This document shows, piece by piece, positions 12,879 to 26,036 of a stretch of 64,000 nt of DNA. The notes below the pieces were generated by a model. That model did no database searches, had not been told where the DNA came from, and saw only the letters and a list, made by a program, of their open reading frames with translations. The stretch comes from Tubiluchus corallicola (taxonomy: Eukaryota; Animalia; Priapulida), in contig JAQGDQ010000746.1 of the NCBI GenBank assembly GCA_030141605.1, positions 38,796 through 102,795 on the forward strand. Direction: 5' to 3'. How positions within the stretch are numbered: the first letter of the stretch is position 1; the number at the start of each line of letters is the position of its first letter. Made by a program: the position numbers and the translations under genes.

Positions 12879-13325
12879 CAGGGTTCCCACAGAATTTTAA
12901 AATAAATTTCCCTGATTTTTCCCCAACCGAATATTGATTTTCCAGGATAACCAAGATAAGCAGAAATTGCATTACCAGTATACATATTCAAACATTTTTG
13001 TGTAAGGACATTCATACATATACTGATATATAATGTGTCGGCACAGTCGCAGTAGTGCTAACGAAATTGTACTAATCACATTAAATAATCTTGCTTAATC
13101 CAATCATTATTTTTGGACCAGAAATCGAAACTGGGAACCGACCATAGGAAAATTTCATTTGAACACAAATCGCTGAAAAATCTATTTGGGAAAATATTGG
13201 TTCATGGCGATTATTTTTGCAACCCTTTCCAATTTCTCTGACTGTTTGCCCAATTTTCATCAGTTTCCCTGACTTTCCAGGATAGCCTGTATTTTCAAGG
13301 ATTTTCCCTTAGTGTAGGAACCCTG
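12879..13325. mobile_element. MITE with CAGGGTTCC TIRs, superfamily unassigned
   Basis: CAGGGTTCCCAC...GTAGGAACCCTG flanked by TAAATA on both sides; subterminal TTTCCCTGA repeats. Confidence 0.8.
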
Positions 13326-14060
13326 TAAATACATCTTAAGGCACATTTTACCGAGCATGCAAACTTTCAGCTTGAGGTTGGTTTTTGCTTAAAATTTGAC
13401 AAATTATAAACTCTTGAACACAGAAATATAACAAAAGCCTGACAAGAATAAATTAAAGGAGAAGAGAATCAAATTTTAAAGATACATTCTTGCAGGCAGA
13501 AAAGGCTGTAGATACATGAGAATTATGTGTGATTTGATTTAATTTACTTCTTTATTTCAAACTTTCGTTCATATATACAGCAAAAATACAAGTAAATAAA
13601 CAACACAAAGCACACAAAGAAAACACAACACAAAACAACATTACAAATAATAATAATAATATTTCGTATTGGCTTCAATCATTATGTCAATGAATATCAA
13701 CAATGTAAAAAATTAAGCATACAATTTCATTCTCCAAATCTTTCTTATACTGGAAGTAAATAAAGTATCACTAACAAATATCGTTCTATATGTTACCGTT
13801 TGATGTTATTTACAGGAAAAGCATTTACAGTCTGGATACTAGAATTTCAAACAGTAAAAACTTGTTATGTAGAACGATATTTGTTACACTAATTTATGCG
13901 TCACAGAAATGTCCCTGGCACTGTGATCAAACTGATAATTGAAAAATTTTAGAAATTGATTTATTATGAGAGTATTTAGTTATTTCTTTTACCAAAACCT
14001 AACATTGTTACAAGATAATATTTTGACACAGACATATTAAAACTGGAAATCTACGGTTAC

Positions 14061-14167
14061 CTCTTAAAATGTTGGAAATTGTTGCTTGACGGCCATAACC
14101 CATAAATACAAGCAGACGTCCAAACGCAGGAATTATTGTTGATCAAATCTCGGAAATACTTATTTAC
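14061..14167 (-). CDS. CCNF: Cyclin F exon 3 (F-box end)
   Basis: Hand translation VNKYFRDLINNNSCVWTSACIYGLWPSSNNFQHFKR resembles cyclin F VHSQLKDLVDNHASVWACASFQELWPS; AG/GT ends. Confidence 0.9.
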
Positions 14168-15129
14168 CTTTTAAAAACACAAAATCAGTACTTCTATCAG
14201 TTAAAGGAAGACAGGGCGACTGTTTAGACTCAATCTCATTTTAATTTACTGTCCAATATATACATTTTCTTGCCTATAAAAATTAGGAATTTTTTTCATA
14301 TATTTGAATAATTACCTTGGAAAGTTAATTAACAATAATGGAACACAGCTGTTGCTTACGTCAGAAACTAACCACAGTTTGTGCAATGGCAGGCATTTTC
14401 GCTTGCGCATCAAGCACGTTTGCGTAAGTGTTACTGTTTAAATGCGTGATGTGACGACAATGGGCTCTATGTCATATAACGTCATAAACTAACACTGCAG
14501 TTCACGATCATGGTCATCACGGTACCACCTTCTATTTGTCGGCCACGCGAATGTGACAAAAAGGCGCCGCTGCCAATCTTAGTAGTAGATTCACTCAGTC
14601 ACGCCAAGCTTTGAAAGTTTAAGAAAATTTGTGTATACGAGGTAATTATCATTTAATCTAAGCTTTAATTAAAAAAAAACTAGTATAGTTTTCAATATTT
14701 TAGGACATTCTTTATTATGAACTAATGTTTACACAATCGTCCAGTTTTCCTTTAAGTGTGATCAATGCAGTTTAAAATTTTAAACAGGGAAATGAAGGGA
14801 ATTGATATTTCAGTCACACTTCAAGTCTACAAGAAACACTTAGTGCTATAAAACTTTAACCAGTAATTACATACAGCTATCTTAGAAACCACTCCATCTT
14901 CATATAGATATTTCAACTTCATGTGATTAATTACTTCTTAATTACAAGAAATACACTTGTAGGGAAATTTTAGTTCCCAATTAATTATTTTTTTTCAAGT
15001 TTATGGGTTAAAGAACTAAATAACTGTTTGAACAGAATGGCAGAAGAAGCGAAAAAAAGAATTTCTTATGAACTTTTGTTCCTGGAAATGCTTGCTAACT
15101 TACTGAATGTATTAATGTAATATACATAC

Positions 15130-15317
15130 AGTTTGTAAATTAAGGAGGTCTTTTAACGGTAATCCTCGAAGCAGCCGCAGATGAATCTCTTCTGGTAGCA
15201 ACCACAGTGTTGCTGATGTCTCAGTCTTTCTTCTTAATGGTCGCACAGGCGAGAAGGCAGATTGGATTCCATGAAATGATGATCCAGGGGAAATACTGCA
15301 TGTGGTAGACCGCAATT
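15130..15317 (-). CDS. CCNF: Cyclin F exon 2 (basic NLS-like stretch and F-box start)
   Basis: ttttcgcag| ... |GTATGT; encodes RPLRRKTETSATLWLLPEEIHLRLLRGLPLKDLLNLQT (F-box LPEEI motif). Confidence 0.9.
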
Positions 15318-15715
15318 CTGCGAAAACAAAATAAACATTTTCTATACATTTTATGCATGTTGCAAACTGATACACAGCATTCCTGTTAGTAAAAAACACT
15401 ACAATATGTTGAATACGTAGATGTAAATTTATTTGAAATTAACAATAAAAATCACTATAATGTACCATATTACATCACATGTGTACAAATACTGCAATAA
15501 GTATAATATAACTATGAGATAATAATAGAATAACATAGTGTAAATCAGTGCCCGGAATGAATATCATCCTTATATGCTTATCATTCTTCATCTAAAATAA
15601 CATCTGGACAGTTTATGTAATGTCCAAAATCTTATTTTATTTAGCCTAACAATTTATCGTAAAGCCAGCATGTGAAAATAAGGATACCATTAATTTAACG
15701 AAATATTAAACAAAC

Positions 15716-15722
15716 CTCGCAT
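15716..15722 (-). CDS. CCNF: Cyclin F, putative coding exon 1 (ATG CGA G)
   Basis: ATGCGAG|GTTTGT on minus strand; phase 1 matches the next exon. Very short, so chosen by phase compatibility only. Confidence 0.5.
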
Positions 15723-16839
15723 ACTGTCAAGAGAATTTATACAATAAGTAAAAATGTGAAAGACTAAAAAAGTTACAAAAACGGAATTAAGCTACATAAA
15801 GTATCACAAAAATTTAATAAAGCAAAGTTCTCATGAACCCTGCGACGTAATGTTTATTTTGATTTTGAGTCTCTGTCCGCCTCGTTCTTGATTGGCTGGC
15901 TTACTTTATTCTATACGTTAGAAATCTTCCTTCCAACGTACTTCAATTCAAAATTTGGAATTTTTATTGCATTACTGGCAGAAGTTTTTGAAAAGGTACT
16001 AAAACAAACATGGGTGATTCTTATTCTCGTTTTTATACCACATCCGTATAAAAATTATTAAACGTTGAAAACTGACAAATTCTAGTATGGGGACATTTGA
16101 AACTTCGAGGCACTGCTTTCTGAGTGTTGACAAATTATTACATTCTCTGGGGCTGATCATTAATTTTTAAATAATGCAAGATCAATATGAAATTCCATCA
16201 ATGTATATATTAGTACTGGGCTTTACAAGAAACTCTGTGACGTAGTAAAATGCTTTGACAAATTGCATGTAGCTAATAGATCACTTTCCTGAGTTGTGGA
16301 AACTGTAGAAGTTCCAACTCATAACTTTACTTTGATATAAGTCAAATGAAGCTACTTGCACTATAATAGTGGACTATATGCTGTTTAACACCAGCAGGAA
16401 CTGCCAGTCACATAACGAATCTGTCAGACAAGGAACCACCTAGCTGGAACCAGTGTTGTACTTGTTGTGTAGCAACTATGTGACAATGACTTAAATAAGA
16501 CACGCCTCCTGAAACAGAAATTGATGTAATGCATTGCAGTTTGGGGAATCTTAAAACTGATAAGCTTATGAATGGAACAGCTCTTCAAAGTACAAATAGT
16601 AAAAATGCTTTTGGTGTGATAATAACATCAGACTTGAAAACAGAAGACACCACAGAAATCTTATTGAAGTTTATAAACTAGTAACTAGAAAATAAAACAT
16701 TAATTTAGTTGTCGATTCTAAAACTAGCGGACATAATTTAAAACTGATTAGAGAGTGGTCATGTCTTGATATATGTGAATATTCATTTTTGTGAGAGTAA
16801 TTCAGGAAAAAATGTAATAAAAAAAATCATCGTGCAGGG

Positions 16840-17850
16840 ATGCACTTCAAGCTGGCAAAATGTGGATAGTGGAATAACAGGGGGCAGTGTCTTTGGTCTA
16901 GTATAATTTCTCATCTACATCAATGATCTTCCAGAAGAAGCAGTATCTGAGATCTTTCTGTTTGCGGATGATACAAAACTGTTCAATATAATTGATGAGC
17001 AGCAAGATAGGGTAAACATTCAAGAAGATCTTTATAGCTTGACTAAATGGAATGAAGATTGGTTGTTAGCTTTCCATCCTAGTAAATGTAAGGTGAGGAA
17101 AAGAAAACATTCCAACTTCTGATTAATCCCTTGTTAGAGATGAAATTAGTTGCCGAATACCTTGGGTTGTGTCAGAGAAAGACGTTGGAGTATAGATTGC
17201 TCCCATATTTTGACCATCATATCCAGGAAAAGATAAGCAAAGCTAAGAAAATGGTGGATATAATGAGCACAGCTTTTACCACTTTGACGCATTGTATGCT
17301 CATCTGTCTATACAAAGTGCTTGTAAGGTCCCGTTTGGAAATTTTCTGTGTGGCATCCATCAATGGTCAAGTATATAGATCAGCTGCAACAAGTACAAAG
17401 ATATGCGACACGAAAGCTTTGTGACTTGAAAAATTATCATATACTGACCGGTTAAAGTTCCTTAATTGCCAACAATAGCTTACAGGAGATAGAGAGGTGA
17501 CATGATAGAGGCTTATAGATCTTAACGGATGTATATGATAAAGCCGTAGGCCCACAGTTGCAATTCAGATCGCCGATGGCCAGACCGATCACCAGAGGCC
17601 ATTCACTAAAGTTAGACAAGTTCAGATTTATTAACTATATAAGATTGCATCCTTTTCGCACAGAATTGTAGATGCATGGAATAGTTAACCCAACGTTGTC
17701 GCATGCGCACCAAGTGTAGAAATAGTTAAGAGAAGATTGGACAAACACTGCATTGGGAAAGAGATAGTCTACAACCAGAAGGCCTTCTTTGATGATACGT
17801 AAACGAATATATGTACACGATTGGCTAGAAGATTACTTTGCCAAAACAAT
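16840..17850 (+). mobile_element. Degenerate CR1-type LINE RT fragment
   Basis: FLIYINDLPEEAVSEIFLFADDTKLF, WLLAFHPSKCKV and LYKVLVRSRLE remnants with stops and frameshifts; a second CR1-like 3' remnant at ~16550-16810. Confidence 0.85.
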
Positions 17851-18562
17851 CTAAGGTATAAGGTAAGGAAACGTAATCTGCCTGCCATGGATTCCCAACA
17901 CCAAACATAGTAAAGTTTAGATCATTAACCAATAATTATTTTAGAGAAAAATATGGAGTTTATATGAGTGTATTCGCTTAACCCTTAATCATGACAGTAT
18001 AACAGTATTATATTGCTGCGCTCAGCAAGTCAGCAGCATGTCCATGACAAAAGTGCAAGAAGATTAACAACTTTACTTGATAGGTGGCAGTGTGATGCTA
18101 AACGGTGCGTGAAAAAAATGACTTTGATTTTTAGTTTTTTTACTTAGTGGAATTTGTGATGTTGTGAATTTTAGATAGTGCTATAATTGTGTGGCACGCA
18201 ATTAATGACCTTTGCGTAATGAGAGGTAAATCACTTGAATGTATCATTTGGCATTGTGTGGAGATGGAAGTATAGACCGAAAGTTTTAGCAACTGTTACG
18301 TTGGTGCCATCCAGAAATACTAGTATCAGTGCTGATAAATTAAAATTGTGTGGCATTGGCAGTCTGATAAGTTGGCTTTACAATAAATTACTTGTTTACA
18401 CCTCATGAAAAAGTAAGGTCAACTGACATAAAATGTTTTACTTTAAAGACACAAAGATCATCGTTAAGGATTTAATTTTCAGTTTTTACTAATTTTTAGT
18501 CATCTTTCATCAGTTCGTTTTTCTTTTTTAAATTGCCTGCCAATTAATGCTTCTAATGTTCA

Positions 18563-18750
18563 GTAAAATGGGAAAGGTAAAAATGGCACAGGAAAATGAC
18601 ACGGTAAAAATGGCTCAGGAAAAAATGGCACAAGTGGAAAATTAGGTAAAAATTTGAGAGGAAAAAGTTGCGCGGCAAAAATGGCACGGGAAAAAATGTT
18701 ACAGGTAAAAATGGGAAAGTAGGTAAAAATGGCACAGGAAAAAATGACAC
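18563..18750. repeat. Degenerate AAAAATGGCACAGG repeat
   Basis: About 10 variants of a ~14-bp motif; resembles transposon subterminal repeats. Confidence 0.65.
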
Positions 18751-19512
18751 GTTATTTTGATGCAGTTGATTTCTACAGTAAAACTAGTATTCACTCTGTA
18801 GGAAGTACATCTCTGCCAAAGCCGAGCAATCCTAAACTTATTCGTCTGATTCTTTTAACTAAAAAAATTTAACGTGAAAATAAACGAGCAAATGTACATG
18901 TATTGGTATTATATATATATATATATATAATATATAATCGAAAGCAAATTCTTATTTTTCTTGCCTTACATAATGCACACATTTGCAAACCACAGTGTTA
19001 CAAAGTGGAGGTTTATTCAACTTCGCTGATGCATATAATGATGGAGTCATTCTCTTATAACCGTGATGGTTTTGTGATGTGATAAATAACCGTGATGATT
19101 CTAGTGAATTAGGCAAATGTTGCCAAGTCCAGTAGATGTGATAGACAACAGTTTTTCTATTTTGTTGTACCACATTATTAATTAGAATCAGACTCTTTTG
19201 TTTACAAGGATGAAATTTTGGCTTCTTGCTGCACCAAGTTTTTGGACTTTTCTGTTTAGAACTTCTTATTTTCCAGGAGTATAGAATTGCCAAGTGTTTA
19301 GAAGCTAGCGTTGGTTTCCAATGTCATTATGATGGCCCGTTGATCACTGTTTTTGCTCCAAACTGTCATGTTTTTTTTAATTCTTTCATGTAATTTTTTG
19401 TTACTATGTTTTATTTTAGTGTTTGTGGTGTGTTACAGTGTTCTTCTAAGTTAGTGAACGGTCTTGTGTTATGCCATGTGTAATGTCTAGTTCAAAATTA
19501 TTAATATATATA

Positions 19513-20030
19513 CTAGCAAAGGCCCTGCAAAAAATTTTGCATATAAATACACTTATAATCAATAATACGCTAACGTCCTACATAGTCCTGATTTATAATG
19601 TAAACCCAGTAGCAGCTTTTACTGAATTAAAGTTATAAGAGTATAATGGATGACGTCTGAACAATGGCTTTGTGTCAGCAGTTTTCTAAGCAAAAATTGC
19701 CGAAAATAGAACATCTAATTAACTCCTCTTGGTGGATGTGTCCTAAAATATAGCCCACATTATCGTGTAGCCCTGTTCTTCCTCTTTCTAAAAAGCTATA
19801 TATCTCCTTTCGAGAGTCCCACCAGGTGCCACCAGAACGTTTTTTCTATAGGCTGTTTGACCAAAATTTTGAAAAAATCGCGAGTTGGGTCCGGGAAAAC
19901 ACCCGTTACCGGATGCCGTGGCTCTCTTGCAAATTCTAAATACACCTTTCGTTTGATGTATAGATCGTCACAAATGGTGCCGCCATCGGAACTGTAGCCT
20001 CGAATCTTATATATATATATATATATATAA
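19513..20030 (-). mobile_element. Non-autonomous Helitron-like element
   Basis: One end ACTAGCAAAGGCCC (CTAG terminus near a GC-rich patch), other end (TA)n; no TSD; inverted homologue at 7612-7972. Confidence 0.7.
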
Positions 20031-20212
20031 ATATATTAAGCCCATACCAGTAGAATTAATATATTCGATAGTCAAACTCTTTCTATTGTCCTCTTTCATT
20101 TTAAATATGTTCAATATATACACATATATTTACTTCATGTGTTTTTTCAGGGTCTTGATGTTGAAGTAACTTACTTCCGGATTTAAATGTACAGATTTCT
20201 CAAAGCGTAGAT

Positions 20213-20830
20213 ATGGCTGCTCCGCCACCAGAACCAATACGTTCTGTCAGTCTTCCATTTGGCCCACAGAGGCATGAGTATAGTTTTCAGATGAATCAAG
20301 AGACCGGAGGGGATGCAGTCAGGCCTCAGAAGCTTCACGGAATCATGAACAGATGGTGCTGCATATCGTTTTGCATGATCATACTTGTCTATGCCAGTTT
20401 ACACGCCTTGATACAAGGAATCATTGGCGGAGATTTCGGAACGTGGGTGTTCGGGTGTGTGGCTCTGCCCGTATGCCTGACGTTGTTATTTTTTGTGGCG
20501 TTTATGTGCTTAAAGCGTGCCGGATTCATCAAACCCAAGCCGCATATCAGATATCGAACTCAGATAGACGAAGGCAATGTTGAATTGCCACCCACCTACT
20601 CGATGCTTGGACCACCCAATTATTCTAAGTTAGAGATTGGTAATCAGGACGCAGTTACGATGTCGAGCGTCAGCTCCTGTGCTTTACCCACATACGAGGA
20701 TGCCCAGAAGTCGGAACAGGGCGAGCTTCTGTCTGCGGAACCAGTTGTGTTTGACATGGGTCAGCGGAGTGAAACTACAAGTTTAGCAAGAGATAACGAG
20801 TGCAGTGCTGAAGAAGTGAAGAGTAACTAG
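20213..20830 (+). CDS. Two-TM hairpin membrane protein with PPTY/PPNY/LPTY motifs (putative Nedd4-family WW-domain ligand)
   Basis: 205-aa ORF, GC-richer than flanks, two hydrophobic helices, three PY motifs in the C-tail; splice acceptor ttttttcag at ~20150 upstream of the ATG. Confidence 0.85.
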   Translation: MAAPPPEPIRSVSLPFGPQRHEYSFQMNQETGGDAVRPQKLHGIMNRWCCISFCMIILVYASLHALIQGIIGGDFGTWVFGCVALPVCLTLLFFVAFMCLKRAGFIKPKPHIRYRTQIDEGNVELPPTYSMLGPPNYSKLEIGNQDAVTMSSVSSCALPTYEDAQKSEQGELLSAEPVVFDMGQRSETTSLARDNECSAEEVKSN

Positions 20831-21013
20831 TGGTCACTAGTGGTCAGCGGAGTGAAACCGCAAGTTTAGCAAGAGATAACGAGTGCAGTGCTGAAGAAGT
20901 GAAGAGTAACTAGTGGTCACTAGTGGTCAGAGGAGTGAAACCACAAGTTTAGCAAAGGATAACAAGTGCAGTGCTGAAGAAGTGAAGAGTAACTAGTGGT
21001 CACTAGTGGTCAG
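20759..21013 (+). repeat. 83-bp tandem repeat, 3 copies, spanning the stop codon of the first PY protein
   Basis: GGTCAG starts at 20759, 20842, 20925 and 21008. Confidence 0.93.
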
Positions 21014-21385
21014 AGAATCTTTTTTTTGCTGCAATATTCCCGGACATTAAAATTTTTCCTTGATGCATCGCCGTCTTTATGTTTGAAGTTTTAGTAAAAG
21101 TGATGATACCCCATATTGCTACTTTGAGTACAGACTAACTTGCTACTTGTATAATGAATTTCAACTTCATAAGCAAACCTGACTGGTGCTGACACATACT
21201 GAAAGGTGTTAGTGGTGGACTACTTTACGAAGCGCTTTAGACCTTGCTAGGACAGTCTCTATTTGGCGGATTTTTGAAGGTCCTGACAGTAAGTTTCAAA
21301 TGGAACGCTCATTGTAGTAAATGCGGCTTATAAAGCTGTTGAATGTAAATGGGGTCGTTAAAGTCGTTTGTTTTTGGCAGGTTAA

Positions 21386-22067
21386 AGCACAAGAAAACCC
21401 TTCATAAACATAAAACTTAAAAAATTCGTCTGGATATTTTATATCACTTACATACTGCTTTTTTACGTACAGGACTTCAATTAGCAGTAACGCTGAATAA
21501 AACATGTAAATTTAAACTCCCTCGATGACCGTTAGACGCAGCCATTTTTACGACAAGTCATTTGAAACAAGTTTAGATAATGTTTTGTAAAGTTTGAAAA
21601 AATAATCAGAGCATTCGTAGGGCTCAAGTCACTAACTGAGTAAAATTTTTAATTACTGTATCTTGTCAAGAAGATTAAAAATGCGTTTTTGGTTAGTGGG
21701 TGGTGCACCCTGGTGGGTGAGTCAACGACATTTTACCAATTGATGAAACATTTTAAATAATCAAAAATTTTCTTTTCTAGTTAGATAAGTCTTTCTAGCA
21801 GGTAAGCGAACTGCTAAGTAATATAGATTTGCATGGAAAGTTTTTGGGACATAATTTAACATTGCCTTTTTGTTCCTGTAATTTACCTTTGCGTAGTCAC
21901 GCATGTAATGGCGACTTCTGAACAGTGTTGCGGAGATTTAAAATGAAAACAAACAAAAATTCCTTTCGATGCGAGTAAAATATATGTATAAAATTGCTTA
22001 AAAAAGTAATGCAATTTTTTAAGGCGATTTTTCTGAAACCTACTTCAGGTGCCCCTTTTCTTGTCCT
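21386..22067 (-). mobile_element. Kolobok-like TTAA MITE, copy 2
   Basis: TTAA-AGCACAAGAAAA ... TTTTCTTGTCCT-TTAA; purine-purine terminus and TTAA TSD fit Kolobok rather than piggyBac. Confidence 0.85.
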
Positions 22068-23221
22068 TTAACCTTTAAAGCGTAAAATCAGTCGTTGTGA
22101 TAACTTTAAGTAGACCTGCAGCTCATACTTGTGATGAACATTTCGCACAGAATCAAACTATTTTATCCACATTTTTATGCTGTGCTTATGAAACACTATG
22201 ATAAGTAAATATTTCATAAGATGATTTGTAAATACTAAATTTCTATATTTGAGAATCTCCTATAAGTTTTTTTTGTGTGTTGTGTTTTGGCAATTCGTGG
22301 ACATTAAAGAATGGCACGGGTCCCAAGTAATCATATAAACATTCTTGGAAAATTTTGTATTAATTCTGATGAATGTTAGCATGTAGTATTACTTTGAACT
22401 GCTTTTCAGTTTGCTATAGCTACTCTTGCAGAGGTAGCAGCATGATATTGTTTTATAATAGGCTTATTTTGTTATATGCAGCGCCGTTACATTTTCTGTG
22501 TTACATTTTGTTGTTATAGTATTTGTTAATACCATTTGGTATTTTTTCAATATCTAGTCACTTCATCGCTGTTAGGCATAAATCCGGAGCAGGCAGGGCT
22601 TTAGAGAGGTCACTGCCATTCCGTAAAATTTTACTTTGTGTTTTCTAACTGGTGTTATGTGTACTAATTCTTTTTCTATTTTTGTGTCCATGTAATTCTG
22701 TTTGCCTTATGCAAAATGCCAAATTCAAGGTTCTTGAAAATATATTTGTTATATTTGCATTTTGTGATGTAAACACGTTTTGATAAACTTTTTTATATTT
22801 TCTCAGACTTACTGTCACGTAACAATTTTAAAGTAATCATATTACATTCCATTTATAACAAATGTGTCATTTTTGCTATAGATATTCTACTCTTTGCATT
22901 ATTAAGCTGTTGTGAATATTGTGTAAATTTGAGTTTAAAAAAGTTTATAAAGCAATGAAGTTGATTCAAACAATTTTCCCGGTGGGACATTAAAATTTGT
23001 AGAACTAAAAACAGTTAATTATCAGCTTGCTGTAAAAAATTTTAGATATTTTTTGTAAGTTTAAGAGATACATTAAATTTTGTTTCTGTGGCATGTAAGT
23101 GATACAATTTAATATTACATTTTTTTGAAAATTTGCATTGTATCTTAAATAGCTAGGCTGTAATTATGCAATTAACATGCATTTGATAGGCACTTATTCT
23201 TGAAATTAATCTCATTCTAAT

Positions 23222-23710
23222 TAGTGTTTGCTGCAGATACACTTTTTTGCCGGATAGCGAATACCGGATATCATCGGATATTTTCTCAGATTGTTTTCTG
23301 GACTCGGATTATAACCGGAGAGGTTGGCTAAGTTTGGATCGAATATGCAGATCAGTCCAGATAATGAAACATTTGTAAATGTTTGCAAACTTTATTCATT
23401 TTCATTTAGTCTATCATCTTAAACGACCTAGCTCGAAGATCCGCCATATTACCGCATACAAATAAAAAAATATGTGTGTAAAATGTTTGTCCTGAAAACA
23501 CAAACATAGGCTAAAAGATCTATAAGTTTTTTGGTAATATTTTATATATTTTCAGCTGTTAAATTATTCGAAAACCGTTTTCAATTGCACGTTCCGGATA
23601 GCGAATATTTGCGAAAATCAAATTTTTATAACTATCGGATAATATCGGATACAAACACCTGCAAAATATCACCGTTCTCAGATACGAATTGGATATCTGC
23701 AGCAACACTA
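23222..23710. mobile_element. Old hAT-like MITE
   Basis: TIR TAGTGTT(T)GCTGCAGATA...TATCTGCAGCAACACTA, subterminal CGGATA repeats; TSD not intact. Confidence 0.7.
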
Positions 23711-24702
23711 ATATTTTAGTTTACATTACTACTAGTTTCACTTGCAGTTTTGATTGTAGCATGTATGTTGTGTGCAAAGATTTTATACTTCACAAATGTG
23801 ATGGTTTGTGATGTCTTGTCATTCCTACACCACGAGAAAGAAATTAGTCTTATTATTGCGTTTATTTTTCTACTTTCTGTTTTATACATCGTGAATGTGC
23901 AAGTATCGACAGTAAATTATTTTATCTCTGCTGTCGTAATTAGTTGTAATATGTCTACCTCCGACTCTACCAACAAGTATAACGATAGGTAATGTTTTCG
24001 GTACGAGTTTTTATCATTGATATTTTTGGATATACACTTTACGCGAATTGTTCTCTCTTCTGTAAGTAGGTATTGCTAAGAAGGAGGTCACATAATCTCA
24101 GTCTGTAATTGTTGAGCACTAGCAGGCATTTGTTGAGCTTTGAACTGCCTTACTTACAGATAGGTTAAACTATGTTTACTTGTTTACATTCTCTAGGTAC
24201 AGAGTGTTATCTCAATGTCTGTACTTGCACAATTGACAGTGCTCACGGATACTGTGTTGTGAGTTTTTTGCTATATTCTCTTATAGAATATCTTCGGTTG
24301 TGTTTTTTGGAACATCATTTTGAACTAAAGAAAGTTTGCTTATGAAATACCGAGAGATTTACCTATTTTTTCTGTATTTATATTGTATTTTCAAGGTGCT
24401 TTGCATTAAACCTTGTGTATTAGCTCAATGCACTAACTTTACTGATATGGTGCAGTACAAGTTGGATTTGGTCTGTGTATTTTTCCGCTAACATCTAATA
24501 AATGCTCGAAAATAAAGTGAAAAATTATTTGTGTTTTTCGTGTTTTCGTATAAGATAACTACGATAATGACCTCTTCAACTTTTGCAAGTTTTTTGTGCT
24601 TGAATGGCATCATATAACTTCATCTTTTACACAGAAGTGCATAATATGCATTTGCTACAGTGGATTCTACATTGTGTTTGCCACAGTTGCGTTGATAATA
24701 TA

Positions 24703-25015
24703 TTTTCTTCTTCTTCAATGAATCACACGTCCAGGGACATGATTCTGCTCACCTCTCTATGCCAGGACTCCCTACACGCTGCAATGCCCCAGGTGCATTT
24801 ATTTCTAAGGATCAATGTTGAAGTGTTTAAATCTTTCTGTGCAAAATCTAAATATGTTAACATTTGTCCTCCTGCAGGTTTTTTAGCTGGTGCTATTGCT
24901 TGTTGAAGAGCTATCTTCACTGGAATATCATCAGGTAGTCTAAGCATATGTCCAATCCATCTTAAACGGCGTCTTTTTATTTTTCTTGTCCAAGGTTCTT
25001 CTTTTATTTTTTTAA
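24703..25015 (-). mobile_element. RTE-like LINE 3' fragment
   Basis: RRRLRWIGHMLRLPDDIPVKIAL...RESW remnant with (GAA)n tail. Confidence 0.7.
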
Positions 25016-25139
25016 TATATTTTCAATTCAGCATGCTTAGTACTGAGAGTAATTGCAGTGTTACAACAAAGTGTAAATTTTGAATCTGACGAGCTAGCGT
25101 TATTTAAAGCCCTAGACAAAAACTTTCCACATTGATGCT

Positions 25140-26036
25140 ATGGTTATTATTGAAGTTCCACCAAGCGACACTCAAATGGATGGAGTGTTAGCTGTAGGAG
25201 GTACAAGAGCTGAAATGTCACCACCAACTGTTGACGAGAATAGAACGTCAGTTAGTTCAGAATCTAGAAGTATCTTCTGTCGATTGGACAGGTACAGAAG
25301 GCATTACTTCACCATCTGCTTGGTGCTCAACATCGTTATGCTTGTGGTTTTCTGCTTTAGCGTGTACAGCATTGCAGCTGGCGTGAGTCACGGTAATGAT
25401 GCCACGTTGACATTGGGAGTCATCCTTCTCATTCCTTCGGTCTTTGGTCTAGCGGCAACCACGATGTTTTGTAACTTGCTCGGCCAAAACATGAACATTG
25501 TAGAAGACGGACAATTGCCTGGCTCAAGTTCTGTAACGGGACTGCGATACGAGTCACCTTTGCCAAGGTATTCGGAGTTGTCGTTCAGATCCAACAGAAG
25601 TTCTGGTACCAGTCAGAGCAGTGAACCACCTTCTTACGATACGGAACTGTGTTCAGCCACACTTTTCCCCTATCGAAGCTTCACTTCCGGTAACGGAATT
25701 GCCATTCTTCCAACAATATCCGAGAACCATCCAGACAGAAGGGATTTACTGAGTGAAAATGACCGCGTGCCTAGCTATAATACAGCCATAAGGACATGCT
25801 CTATCAAAGTATCAAGAAATCAGACCGGTGTAGTAAGAAGCAGTCGTGAAGTTAGTGTAAATATGGAAAATAACACAGTGAATTCTGATGTTAATAATAG
25901 TGAACTCAATGATGTAGATATAAGAGCTACTTTTGATTTACCAAGAACTAGTAGCGAAACAACGGCAAATTATATTGTAGGTATTGATACTCAAGACGTT
26001 TGCACAACCTCTTGTGCACAAGCAACAAGATTATAA
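25140..26036 (+). CDS. Two-TM hairpin membrane protein with LPRY/PPSY/VPSY motifs, paralogue of 20213-20830
   Basis: 298-aa ORF; same architecture and the same spacing of S-G-G-T-G-L residues across the TM hairpin. Confidence 0.85.
   Translation: MVIIEVPPSDTQMDGVLAVGGTRAEMSPPTVDENRTSVSSESRSIFCRLDRYRRHYFTICLVLNIVMLVVFCFSVYSIAAGVSHGNDATLTLGVILLIPSVFGLAATTMFCNLLGQNMNIVEDGQLPGSSSVTGLRYESPLPRYSELSFRSNRSSGTSQSSEPPSYDTELCSATLFPYRSFTSGNGIAILPTISENHPDRRDLLSENDRVPSYNTAIRTCSIKVSRNQTGVVRSSREVSVNMENNTVNSDVNNSELNDVDIRATFDLPRTSSETTANYIVGIDTQDVCTTSCAQATRL

Noticed and set aside
15885-15995. CCAAT plus CHR (TTTGAA) cell-cycle promoter of CCNF
   Set aside because: The CCAAT at ~15891 is plausible, but the TTTGAA hits are upstream of it and expected by chance in AT-rich DNA; the TSS is unknown.
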